Below, piece after piece: positions 42,400 through 61,250 of a DNA stretch of 64,000 nt. Source of the DNA: the human T2T-CHM13v2.0 reference genome, Homo sapiens. The DNA is taken from the NCBI RefSeq assembly GCF_009914755.1, contig NC_060931.1. One strand, 5' to 3'. The position numbers were made by a program, and so were the translations under genes. The first letter of the stretch is position 1, and each line of letters begins with the position of its first letter. The notes beneath the pieces are model-generated. The model saw only the letters and a program-made list of their open reading frames with translations, ran no database searches and had not been told where the DNA came from.

Positions 42400-42968
42400 C
42401 TGAGTATTTTCTATTTGCCCATCCAAAACCTCTCTCTATCTTGTTTATCTTCTGTGTCCACAAAATGATTAACAGCAAAGGTAAAAATTCATGTATATAT
42501 ACTTCAAACTATCATGTTATATATGGTAAATACATAAAAATTTATCTGTCAATTTAAACGAATACATTTAGAAAAGAAAAAAAACATCAATTGAGTCTGA
42601 TGTTTTCTGGGTTCTATTTGGGGTTTGCCAATGGGGATTAACAGCAGGAGATCAGAGTGAATGAGAAAGGGAATGAAAGCAAGTTAAGTACCATGTTCAT
42701 TTGCCGGGATTCCTCCCTGCAGGATTTCATGGGCTGACTGCAACCTTCCTGTCTGTTTTTCCAAATTCTGTAAACACTTCTTCCCTTCCACTCCTTTAAG
42801 TCCTATGGTTGATCATGGTGCCTTCTATTGAAGACCTGTAATACCTCATTATCCCTTGAAATTTCCCTAAACCCCACCAATATCTTTCTAAATTGTCCCT
42901 TTATTAAACTTGCCTCAAATTAACCATTTTTAGTGTGCCAGCTGTTTTCTTCCAGAATTCTGACTTAT
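42400..42968 (+). mobile_element. LTR33-like ERVL solo LTR interrupted by a short L1MA 3' end (~42485-42585)
   Basis: 3' end gtccctttattaaacttgcctcaaattaacc...agtgtgccagctgttttc...ctgact resembles LTR33. The internal piece tatacttcaaactatcatgtt...tttatctgtcaattt plus A-rich tail resembles L1MA. Confidence 0.65.
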
Positions 42969-43699
42969 TTTTCTTACTTTTATACTAATTTGAGATTGTC
43001 TTTCATATCTCCTTTTTGGTTTTTTGTCACTTGTAACTACCAGCAGAGGCACTCACACTAAAAGTGGCTGATTAAACATGGATATAGTTTTACAAGGTTG
43101 CTTTAAAATTGTGGACTAAATTTGGCAAAAAAAAAAGTTTTTTTGTTATGTTTTTCCCAAGTCTCTTTTTGAGCAGTAGTATTTTCCCTTGATAATAAAA
43201 CCAAATAATTCAGACATTCATTCACCATGAACAATTAAAAAGCATTTTTAAAAGTTTAATATAACTCAAAATTGCAAATTAAACTCATTAGGCCCCCTCT
43301 TAGTAGTAAATTTTATTTCATACATAGAGTGAGTGACACAGCATTTACTAGAATCTCATAGATAAACATACACTTTTTCCTTTGAGTTTCATTATCAATC
43401 TATTTAACCTTGGATTATTATTTAACCTTGGATTGCTGATTAAGCACAACATGCCATCTGGCAGAATTTGCTTTTCCAGACAAATTCTTTTAAAAATATT
43501 TCTTAGTTTCTGGGGACTACCATAATGAAATCTTATGGCCTCTATAGTTTTTCAGTGTCTTCAAGTCTTATATTTCTATATCAATGTTAGTTCATAATGA
43601 AAGGTTTTCTGTAGAGTAGAAACAAAATAATAAAATTTAATTTTGATTTTTATAATGGAACACTATTAATTTCTGGACTCTCTATCCAGAGAACAGTTA

Positions 43700-45275
43700 T
43701 ATTAATCCCTTTCTCTATTATCTCTGGTATACTTCCCCACTTTCATCTTTCCTTGGTTCTTTTCTTTCGAGTCAACAAGCGTGCCCAATTTCCTGACCTT
43801 ATGGAAAGAAAAATAAAAACAATTGTGGTAAAGAACAACTTCCTTGTCCTCATATGTCCCCCTTTTGCTTTGTATCAATCTCTACTTCCCTTTACCACCA
43901 ACCTTCTCAGACGACAAATTAACTGGGACTGGCTCTGATCTTACCCCCCCTTTACTCTACTCAGTTCTCTTCAGTCAACAGAATGCCCTAAGTAAGTCAT
44001 TAATGATCTTCTAATTATCTAGTTTTCATCTTATTTTAAATCTCTGGCATTTGACATTCTTAACCAATTGAAATTCCTAAAATGCCACCTCCTTCCTTTT
44101 TTATGATATGGCCTTTACTCAACTCTTACTTCACAGATCTATAACCCCCATAATGATCTTTGTTAATTGAGTCACTCTCTCTCTTCCTATACTCACTTTT
44201 TATCGAGGTTTTATCCCTGCTCTTTTTTCTTTTCAGTCTAACAACTTTTAAAAATTATATTTTACCTCATTATCATGACTTCAACTATGGCGTATATTCT
44301 GATATTTTTTAAATCAATGTCTGTTGCCTATAACTCTCTTTCAAACTTCAAAACGGATATTTCTAACTACTTTGGAGTGAGGTCCACATAAACAGCCTCA
44401 GTTGAACTCAACTTTAACAGGGACAAGTTCAATTTAATATTATGCTAAAGAAAGCACTCCTCTTTTATTGGTACTTTCTCCTATGCACATAACTTTGAAA
44501 TCCCAAGTCAGTAATGTCCTTTCAGTTATGTTAGCTCATGCGTCTCCTAGGTTTTATTTTGTTGTTAACCTAATCACCATATCTCATTTGATTCTACTGT
44601 CTAACCATGTCTTGTGTCTGGTTCGGCTCTTATGTTTGTTGTCATCGGCTTGGTTTGATGTCTCAACTTCTCTTGATTACAGTTTTGCAATAATGTCCTC
44701 AAGCTTGTAATCTTGATTACACAGTTATCTAATTTAAATGAAAATTGTTTATATTACTCTATTACACAATGTTTTTAATGCCTTCTCTTTCTTTGTCATT
44801 ATTTTTAAAAATGTTTTTTATATTTTCATAATCAAGCTCCTGTTGTTATTTCTAACTTTATCTTCTAGCACTTCCCTGTTAGCAGTCTGTCCCAGTTATT
44901 CCAACAGCATTTACAGTTTACCCCCCAATCTTAAGAGTATCACAGTAAGGTCTGTATGCACAATCATTTGGGCTGTAACGCTATACTACTATGTTTCTGA
45001 TTGGAATATCCTTGTTATACTTCAAAAAATTTCCTCATCTGATGCTTCTTCCCTGGGGTGATTCCTGAATCTCATAAACAGAATTAATCACACCAACTTT
45101 GGAGTATCTTCATATATTTGTCTGCACATATCTCACTATACTGAAATGTTTCATTTACACATGGGTTTAAAGTTATCCTGTGGCCTTCTGACTGTAGAGT
45201 GTGTGCCTGTTACTTTAATTCCTCAGTTCCTAGCACAGTGACTGGATCATAGTAAGCAGTCAATAAATATGTGTC
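43700..45275 (+). mobile_element. Long degenerate L2
   Basis: Pyrimidine-rich L2-like body ending cctagcacagtgactggatcatagtaagcagtcaataaatatgtgt. The 5' boundary is approximate. Confidence 0.65.
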
Positions 45276-45954
45276 TGCCCACAGGGAATAAGTGTAGGAG
45301 GGAGAAGGAGTACATGACAGTCTCATAGTTGTCTAGCATGTAGGCCAGGAATAAGAATCCATGAGGTTAGATGGAGAGAGATTGTGAGTCACCATCCAGT
45401 GGAAGATCAGAAGGAAAAGAAGTTCTTTGAACATAATTTTTCTGGGAGTGGAAAGTATAAACAAGGTGGTAACAGCATTCTACAACTAAAATAAAATGAG
45501 ACTGTATGTTCCTCATTTAATTTTTAAGGAGAGACCTATTACACTACTTAAAAGCCAGTTAAAATAGAGCACCAGATAACCATGGGAAAGCTGCTGATGT
45601 GGTACAGTGACAGAAAGAGTCTTGGGAAGTTTGAGAAAACTTTTGAGGCCAGAAGGGAATGGAAAAACTAATCCTGTAAAATAAATTAGCACCCTGAGGA
45701 CATCCTTTGGCTGATCTTTACTAAGCAAGAGTGTGTTTTAGTGAGCTGAGTGTGAAAAGACAGCAGACAAAGCCAAGGCCAATGTCAGGTTGGGTAGGAA
45801 GCCACTTCAAAGCCAGAAAAATAGCTCTTCCACTTTGGGAAACAGAAAAATAACTCCCCCAGAGAGGATACATGGAATGCTTAGCCTTGGTTCTTAAACT
45901 TGGTTCTTAGAGTAGAAGGAGAGAGAGACAGACAGAGTTAATAAAAACAAAGGT

Positions 45955-46055
45955 ATGTGTATGTGTGTGTGTGTATATATGTAAATATATGTTTGTATAT
46001 GTATGCATGTGTGTGTGTTCATATATATATATACACACACATACATACACACACC
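45955..46055. repeat. (TG)/(TA)/(CA) compound microsatellite
   Basis: Direct reading. Confidence 0.85.
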
Positions 46056-46387
46056 CAAGATGTATCAATGTTTAAATAGTAATTCAAAGAAAGCCAGTAC
46101 AGCCTTATTAATATCTGTCAAAATTCTCTTTAAGTTATAAGGTATCACTTATGAGAAAGAGGTTCACTAAATATGACAAAGCATTTAATTCCACAAATTA
46201 TATATATATTTATATGTATATTTATTATATTATATTTTATTATATAAATATATATATTTACTTTTCTTGCAACTAAGGTCATATTTTGAAAATATATAAG
46301 GAAAAATGTCCAGTTTTCCAAACAGAAATTGACAGGCTCATGACTAGAATAACAGATTTTAATATATGTCTGTGATAGATTGTTTAA

Positions 46388-46436
46388 TCTCTCTCTCTCT
46401 CTCTCTCCCTCTCTCTCTGTCACACACACACACACA
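46388..46436. repeat. (CT)n(CA)n microsatellite
   Basis: Direct reading. Confidence 0.9.
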
Positions 46437-47284
46437 TCAGTAAAGATACAAAAGATTTAAACAACAAAACTAACAAGCTTGTACCCAACAACTGAAGAAT
46501 ATAACTATCCCTTTGTAAATAAGAGCCATACTATCCTTTTGGTTTTAATTATATTTCTTTTCACATATTCTTTTCTTCATTTTAACCACAGCATATAAGA
46601 AAACACTGTATTCAATATCACATAACTTGTCTGAGACAAGTTTAAGACGTTTTCCTTCTAATTTTCTTACAAAACTAACTTGGTGTTTCTATTTTCATTC
46701 ATTTTCTTGAAATGCCTCCAAGTTCTCTTCAAATCCAAAAGAATGCTTTACACAAACACAGATTGCTATTTCACAAACATTTTGTCATCTTTGCTCTTCT
46801 AGGTGCTTTCCCTTCTCAGCATCACCTCAAAGATTCTCCCCATGAGTCTGAGCCAAGTGTCAGCTCTTCCCCTAGTGGATAGCTTACATAGTGTTTGATG
46901 TCAACAAGTCCCTTCTTAGGATGTATTGAGCAGTGAAGGATTAATTTAATAAAGAACATTGCTTTACCCCTAGGAGAATGACAAGTCTTTAAGGTGGAAT
47001 TGGTCTTTGGAGTTATTCTACTTTTTAAGGTATTTCAACTATTTGTAGACTTTCCATTACCCATTGCCTGACTAATGAATTAACTTGTAACTTCTCAATC
47101 ATGCAATATTTTCTTCATTTTAATTTATTTTTGCCCCTTTTATGTAGTTAATACATTCATTGGTTAAGACCAAAGCTTTTCTTGCATATATGTATTGTCT
47201 TGGGTAAAATTTATGTTCTGTTGAATGCTCTAGCAGAGCAGAAACACTGATAAACATTTTAAACCCCCAATTCCCCTCTTTAAT

Positions 47285-47405
47285 AGTTGCGTGATTTGGC
47301 TACTTATATAACCTCACTGTTCTTTGTTTTCTTTTATACTCCCCTTAAAAAGAAGCAAGGTAAATAGCATTTACTTAATAAAGTTGTTGTGAGGATTAAA
47401 TGAAT
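47285..47405 (+). mobile_element. MIR fragment
   Basis: gtgatttggc...taacctc...aaagttgttgtgaggattaaatga. Confidence 0.65.
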
Positions 47406-48899
47406 GTAGACTATCTGCTACAGGATATTCTGTGTAGTATAATAAAATTTCACAGGAAAATTCACAACTATGCAATTTTTACACATAATGAGAAATGAAA
47501 ATTGTTTATTGTCAATGAATATAATTTACATTAATAAAGGAATTTTAATTTAAAGATAATAGAAAAGTGAGTCAACATTTTTAAAAAGCCTTGAGAAAGA
47601 TTTCAACCATGTAATGATATATTCAATAATACCATAGTGCTGTCCCATTCCCTGAACACTTATTGTTAACTGAGTAGATTCTTCCTACTGTTTTCAATTC
47701 AGTTTGACTAAATCAAAAGAAAAAATACTTTGAAAGCAACACCTTTACTGTATTTACTGAGAGGCCAAACTATGTCTGGCAAATTTTGCCATGCAAAGAC
47801 GTAGCAGTGCTTTTGGTGAAGCGTAGAGCCCTGGTAGAAATGCAACATTAACTGGCTCTTCAAATGCCTGAGATAAATGGAATTAATAATAAATGTACAA
47901 TATTTTGACTACCATGTGAATCTAACCGATGCTCTATACTAAAAAAAAAAGCCTCATTTTTATAAAGTATTTTAGAACCACAATTAGTCCTATTTGTTCA
48001 TTTGTTTATTATAATGAAAACCATAATACAATAAAAGATGTCAATAGGAACCTGCATAAAAAGTAAATACATTGTTTTACAGGGGATGGGGGGTGTTAGT
48101 GATGGCCATTATATCATTTGTTCTCATTCTCTACTTCTAAACTGGAATTGCTTCTAGCTAAATTCTGGATCTTTTAAATACTTTAAAAATCCTACAACCT
48201 AACTTTTCCTAGAATAAAGTCCCCACTTTCTCACCTGAACCAAAACCTGACCTTACTCTGGTGGTGCTATTTACCCTAAAACCCTTCCACACTCATGCTC
48301 ATGAAGAGGCTAGTGTTCTCTTAATCCTCACTGCCACATTGAGACCATTGCCCTGGCATCATTTATCAGTAACTTTTCTACTTTTGACACACACGATATT
48401 CAGTTATGCTGCCTTCTTTACATTGATTTGTCTTTATCTCTCTACTACATGGGGTTCTCTTTTGCTCATTGATCTAAATCTGCTGTGATCACAATATTCT
48501 TTGATTACCCTTCCTGCTCTGGTTCTTAACATTCAAACTGAGGAGTCTTTGAACCATACCCTTGTTGCGCTTGGGCGTCTTCAACTCCAAAGACCTCGAT
48601 TTTTATTTTACCCATATGTTTCTCTTGACTTTTTCTATTCTTATAAGTTTTATCCCCTCCATTCCAGCCCCAACACTCACTGCAGGCTTATTCCTTTTAC
48701 ATTTAATAGCAGGCAGTTTCATTATTTATTTTATATATCTGTAGATTTACTAATTACTCATTCTGACTTTCTGCCTGCCGTGTGTGTGCCATTTCAATTT
48801 TCAAATCTAGGGTAATCTTCTGTAGTTTCATTACTGAGTACTGAGCATTGTTGGAGAAGGTCAAATTACAAAGGTAATTCTATTACAGATGAATTCTAA

Positions 48900-49550
48900 C
48901 TAATATCAGTTAATATCCCCATGCTGTTTTCCTGCGTTTTTACTCTGCATGTGGCATAAGGGGAAACTTTTACATCAACTTGTCTAGAGCGCAACTTCAT
49001 GGAAACATTCTGAAGGGGCATTAGGTAATATATACGAAAATGATTTAAAAATAAATTCTTTAAAACAGGAAGGCCATTATTAGCAAATTATCCAAAGACA
49101 AATATCAGATATGTGTACAAATATGTATTTTTTCAATTGTTCATAATGGACTTGTTAAATAAACTATGTAAGTATAGTAGACTAGTATGCATTCATTAAT
49201 TGCACATTATATTAATAATGACAAGATATTTTTCTGTATTACTGAGTGAAATGAAAGATAAACTGGTATGATGCATATGATTATATACATGACTTTATAT
49301 TTAATATATGCAATCATTTATAAGTGTCTTGTATGTGAATAATTGTATGTATTTTGTAGTTTGGAAAAATGTTAGCTGGATTATCAATAATTATTGATTT
49401 CTGGTATTGAAATTTTGATTACTTTTGATATTATTGTTTCTTCTTTATTTCTTTATTTTCTTCTCCATATTTTCAATATTACTTGAAATATCTGCATGAA
49501 TAAATATTATTGGAATAAGAAAAATGATACAGTAAACGCTATTAATTTTT
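48900..49550 (+). mobile_element. Ancient L1ME-like 3' region
   Basis: Degenerate L1M 3'UTR motifs. Boundaries are approximate. Confidence 0.5.
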
Positions 49551-49599
49551 TTAAAAAGTAGTTTGGGTATAATTGTTTTAATTCTTAATTCCTCTTCTC

Positions 49600-50880
49600 C
49601 ATTTTGTGTCCCAACAAACTAGAATCTACTTTCCTCACTCCAACTATTCTACTAAAGTGGTTCTCATAAAGACCAATTATCAATGAGCTTATTATCCAAC
49701 CCAAGTACCCTCTACTCTTGGGCAACAAAGAGAACTCTAACATGGTCGAGTATACTGTCTTCATGAAAACATAGCTACTTTAGACCATACTTTATGCCAT
49801 TGCATCTCAAGCTCTTTCACCAGTTTATTTTCCTTCACTTGGCCCCTAAGAACAGATGTTTCCTAAGGCCCCATGTTTAGGGTGTATTCCTTTTCACCCT
49901 ACACACTTTTAACTAATCTATTTTCCTCCCACAACTTCAAGTATCAACCTCACTGGATGATTCTCAAATCATTATCAAAACATCAAAGGCACATGCCTAA
50001 TTGGCTACTGTTTACTGCACAAAACCAGCCTGATGTCACCTCAAATTGCACAGGTGCAAATTAGAATTCATTTGTTTCTCTTCCAAACTTTCCCCTATGC
50101 CTTCAATTTTAAGTGCACCACTGGCCACTCTCCTTTGCTTGGGTTAAAAATTTTAGTTTTCTTGAACTTCCTCTTCCTCCTGTCTTTTAGCTAGTCACCA
50201 CATCTGTATTGATTATGTGTCTATCACACATTTGTCAGTGGGCGAATGAAGTAAAGTTTCAGATGAGGTGTTATTTCCTTTATGTTCCCAGTTATACTAG
50301 ACTAATTTGGACATTAATCACTTCTATCCTAGATATCCAATATAACCTCCTAACAGAAGTTTCTAACTCTCCCTTCAGTTACACAGTCATCAGTATTAAT
50401 TCGCTAAAATTCTGAATATGATTGCCTCTCTTTGCAAGAGAAAATGAACATTACTAAAATATTAGTTTGGCATTTCAGGCCCTTCCTCCAAGATGTTATT
50501 GCAATCTTCCTGTTTAACTTCCTTTTCCATGCATAGTTTATCTTTATCTCGCAAATACTCTATTAGTCACTAATGACTAATCCCATTCTCCTAAGAGCAA
50601 GACTTTTCCATCTATGATATTAATTTGATATAGAAAAAGAGTTTGAAATTCACTTGGAATACAGGTAATTATTGATTTTGCCCTACTCTCTTGATCGTTT
50701 TGCCTCAGTCTATCAAAACCAATTCAAGTGTGTTATCTTCCAATACCTTGAACAAATCTCTCTTCCCCTGTCATTTATGGAGTGTACATCTGAGGTAGAA
50801 AATATTTCAGTTAATTCTATATGTGAGTCACCTTCATGATTGTGAATACCCTCAAAGCAGAGGTCTTAAAAAGGATAGAT
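49600..50880 (+). mobile_element. Degenerate L2
   Basis: cccacaacttcaagtatcaacctcactggatgattctcaaatc...cacctcaaatt...taacctcctaac are L2 body motifs. Confidence 0.6.
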
Positions 50881-51477
50881 TGTGTTAATTACCTGGAAAA
50901 AAAATGGCAGTAAGTGATATACTTAAAGCAATATCATATATATTCTATTTAAAATAAATTTAACTGTGTTGGAAAGGAAGGGAAGGAAGTTAAACTTACA
51001 TTCTAAAATTTAAAACGACCAAATAAATAAATCGGGAAAAGCAATGCCCAACATTAATAGTGAAAACATATTTTTAAAATAATTAACACCTGAATCATAA
51101 TTAGCAACTAAGTGTAGGAAGAAACTGATGATGCTGAAAACAAAATGTGTTTAATTTATCCCAGAGTTAAGGAAAAGACAAACATATGTAGGTAAGTGAA
51201 TTTCTGAGCACCAATTTCTTAGCAACCACAGTCTAACTTATCAAATTTAAGATTAAGATTTGAGATAGTTTATATCAACAGGTAAATTTCATTATTAAGC
51301 AATTAGCCACTCATTGTCTTACTCAAACTTACTACTCACTGAGTTAATACAACATACAAGACATAGTATTAGGGAAAATGTCTTTAAGAAGTTCATAATC
51401 AATAAAAGAGAAGAAGAACGAAGAGAAGAAGGGGGAGGAGGAAGGAGATGAGAGGTATGGGAGGGACAGACAAAAGT

Positions 51478-51765
51478 AATATTAAATGCTTACAACATAC
51501 CACCCATTTTTCTAAGTGGTTTACATTATCATCTCTTATACTGTGACAAGATAGATACTATTATTGTCTTTATTATATAGATAAGGGAACTGACGCATGA
51601 TGTGACCAAATAACTTCTTAACATGAATCACCCAGCAAAGGGTGATTCATGAAATCACTGAGTTTCATGAGTGATTCATGAAATCTGAGCTGAGTTTCAA
51701 TCACAGAACATACATCCTGCTCTGTAGTTTATGCCTTTAGTCACTATGGTTTACTATAGTTAACA
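51478..51765 (-). mobile_element. MIR with internal rearranged insert
   Basis: tactattattgtctttattatatagataagggaactga is an antisense MIR core. Confidence 0.7.
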
Positions 51766-52037
51766 TACTGTGCTGAGACCCAGATGCAACCAATTAATAG
51801 AAACATACTTCAGGAATGCCTTTAAAAAATTCTGTGAGAATGCAGATTAGTGTGGGAATTCCTGTTGACTGAAGTCCTAACAGAAAACTTAACCATAAAA
51901 AGAAGACAGTACTATCATAGGCCACCATCTCTATGGAGGAATAGCAAGGCTGTATTGGAAGTACTAAGGAAGCCAGATTTGGTGGAGTATGGGTGTTTTG
52001 GGGAACAATAGATGAGAGTGCCCCAGAGGATATTCAA

Positions 52038-52328
52038 TTTTTTTTTTTCTTTAGATGGAGTCTCACTCTGTCACCCAGACTGGAGTGCAGTGTGATCTTG
52101 GCTCACAGCAACCTCTGCCTCCCAGGTTCAAGGGATCCTCCTGCCTGAGCCTCCCAAGTATCTGGGATTACAGGTGCCCACCACCACACCAGGCTAATTT
52201 TTGTATTTTTAGTAGAGACAAGATTTCACCAAGTTGGCCAGGCTGGCCTTGAACTCCTGACCTCAGGTGATCCGCCTGCCTCAGCCTCCCAAAGTGCTGG
52301 GATTACAGGTGTGAGCCATCGTGCCTGG
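52038..52328 (-). mobile_element. AluSx-like
   Basis: Complete Alu dimer with poly-T. Confidence 0.95.
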
Positions 52329-52643
52329 TGGAATAACCAATTTTCAACTGAACTTGAGTACAGGACAGTGAATAATCTACAGTAGGCACAGTGGAAGTCT
52401 ACACCACTTAATTTTTATTCATGTATTTAAATCGGCTTCCTCCAAACTTGTGGTTTAAAGAATGGAGTGAGGAGAAATAATAGCTTATGAATAAATTACT
52501 GATAATCACTCATACATAATATTAACTTAATTTTTACAAGTAAATATAGAGATGGAAAACCTTTCTGCAATAGTTCTGTTTTCTGAAACAATTTTAAATA
52601 ATTCATTCCATATACAAAACTGTTTGCAAAAGTGCACATGTAG

Positions 52644-52980
<337 letters not shown>

Positions 52981-54207
52981 AAAAACTACAATGATTTAAA
53001 GCCATGTAGCAAACCTAAAAACTTAAAGAATGTAGACCAAAAATAATTATATCATAATGCTAATATTAAAATAAGTTTTTAAAAATAAAAATAATACATT
53101 AACATATTTCAGAATAGTCTGCAAGATTTCATGATTGTGCAACTGTGAATATTTGCTTTAGGTAAAACCAAGCATTTAAAAAATTAATAGTTTTTTAATT
53201 ATCTACTTATTCAAAAGTTTAATTCTCATAAGGAAATTATTTTTTGATTTGTAAAACATTAGGTGTTTTATCTAAAACAATCAAGCAAAGGCTTTTGTTG
53301 AAAATAAATTTAATATTTTGCCCATGGGCAATTGTACTCACAAAATACTCTGTAAGTAATCCACTTTTTGTGGCCAAGTGGCATACTCATTTTACACCCA
53401 AATATGAAAGAGAAATGGAAGACATGGGTAATAAATAATATTTTAGAAATACTGGAACTGTTACTTGAGGGAATAATTACAGAACAATTTTTGAGAGTCT
53501 TGTATAATGAATTCATTTTTAAAGCATCTGGTTATCTTTCTGACTAAAAATGCAGTGCCAATTATATTTTATAGTTAGCAATTTCTTTTTATAGTTTAGA
53601 AATTGGATCGTAAAAAAACAACTGTAATTTTTCTAACATATTTTTAAGAATAAAATGATCTGATACACTAAATTAGAGGACTTAGGACTTAAAGCTAAAC
53701 CACATACCAATTTTTACCATCTTTGGAGGCCATCTTAATGAAACTGATTTTGTGAATGTTATAGATGCATACACATTTATTACTGTCACTGTGAGTCTAG
53801 TCAAAGAATATTCTGATTTGAAATAAAGAGGTCATAAAAAATTTACCTGTCCCAAATAAATATTAAGTTGTGATGCAGTATGGTAGATTAATATTTTCTA
53901 TTATTTCATTGGTCAGATTAATGTTAGAAGAATGTTTTAATTAAAAGCAATATATATAACTATAATGCCACAGTATCCTATAAATTTTTAAGTGTTTCAA
54001 ATTACCAATTTATACCCAAGTGGTAGGTTGGTCTGTAGGATCCCAAAAGAAACAATACTGCTTGTAAATATTTTAAAACTAACAAACACCAAAACTAGTC
54101 TATAGTATATTCAAATGGAGAGTAAAGATGGGAGAGAGATTTATAAGAAGTCTTAAAAATACATAAGCAAATATTTAACTTGTTATGCATAATTTTTAAA
54201 AAAAGAT

Positions 54208-54605
54208 TTTAGTAGGTTGAATAATGGCCACTCAAAGATCTTTAATGCCTGGAAACTGTGAATGTTACTTTGAGTGGCGAAGTTTTGCAGATATGATTAA
54301 GTTAACGATCTTGAGATAAAGAAATTTCTTGTTATCCCTGTTTGGTCCCTAAATGTCATCACAAATGTCCTTATAAGAGAGAGGGCGGGGGGATTGGGCA
54401 TATACCCAGAAGGCCAAGGCCATGGAAGATGGAAGTAGAAAGAAAGATTTGAAGATGTTACATTGCTGACTTGAGGAAAGGGCCACGAGAGAGGGAAGAT
54501 AAATTCAGAAATTGGAAGAGGCAAGGAAGAGATTATCCCTTAGAGCCTCGCAAAGAAGCATGGGACAGCTAACACATTGATTGGATCCAGTGGTACTAAT
54601 GCTGA
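54208..54605 (+). mobile_element. MLT1D-like ERVL-MaLR LTR, 5' part
   Basis: gaataatggcc...ctgtgaatgttac...tttgcagatatgattaagttaa...aatgtcatcacaaatgtccttataagag...tagagcctc. Confidence 0.85.
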
Positions 54606-60208
<5,603 letters not shown>

Positions 60209-60280
60209 GAATACAATTTCGTTGTTTTAAGTCATTAAGTTTGTAGTAATTTGTTACAGCTGCGCCAGAAAATTAAAACA
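60209..60280 (+). mobile_element. MLT1 LTR 3' end (continuation after the L1)
   Basis: gttgttttaagtcattaagtttgtagtaatttgttacagc...gaaaattaaaaca is the MLT1 terminus. Confidence 0.85.
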
Positions 60281-60299
60281 AGGACTTTCCAAGCATAAA

Positions 60300-61250
60300 A
60301 CCAATGGAAAAGTGGTTTAAAAATGCACTTGACAACATAAAATCTTAAACTTACGTATGTCAAAAATAAAATGAAATATAAACTGTTCATATGGTTTTGC
60401 TAAAGACATTAAAAAGGATTAATAATTTCAATATATAAAAAATGACTAACACCCCCAAATTAAAATAAGACAGAGGTTATATATAGTTACACAATCTCTG
60501 AAATAAGAAATTCAACAGATAAAATATACATGTATATTATATATCCAAAATGAAAAGTAATCATATAAATGCAAATGAACTAATAATTGCTACTAATTTG
60601 TCAAAATTCTCAAACTCTCTTTTTTTTTCAGTATAGATGGGAGTATAAAATTTGAATACTAGCATCCTCTTCTCATGGGAGGACAAACTATATCATCCTA
60701 GAAAATAGCTTGATATGTATACATGTACAAGGAACTATAAGTGTGTGTTTTTGGCTCTGTAATTTAACTTTTAAAAATTAGTCTTAAGGGAGTCATCAGA
60801 ATGATTTATACAAGGTTATTTTTCACAGAGCTATTTATAGTAGAAAATGATTGAAATAAAAGCAAGAGCTTAACAATATGAGAATATATTTATAATTATT
60901 ACAAAATGATATAATGTAATACAAAGGGATGACATGATTATAAATTATGGTTTTTAAGTGTCATTAATGCCATCAAAAATGTTTTTAGTGGTGAAATCTA
61001 AAAGCCTAAGGAAAAAGTAAAATATCAGATTGATATTTGATATCAGTATATAAAAATTTGTGGCAGTAAAACAAACCAAGAAGAATTATGAGAAGGTACA
61101 TTTAAAAAGCAAGCACAGAAAGACTTATCCGATTTTTGTAATAGCTAATTCTGCATGGCAGTTATGTAGGTGAATTAGTTTTCTTATTTTTAATCTCCAG
61201 TGGTTTTATAATGAAGTTTTATTAGCTTTACAAATTTTTAAAACATAACT
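60300..61250 (+). mobile_element. Ancient L1ME-like fragment
   Basis: aaatgcaaat...ggaggacaaact...ctgtaatttaactttta...gctatttatagtagaaaa are degenerate L1M 3' motifs. Confidence 0.55.

Noticed and set aside
43038-43465. CTCF-like motifs CCAGCAGAGGCAC and TGCCATCTGGCAG
   Set aside because: One lacks a core base, the other has mismatches at key positions, and neither has an upstream module.
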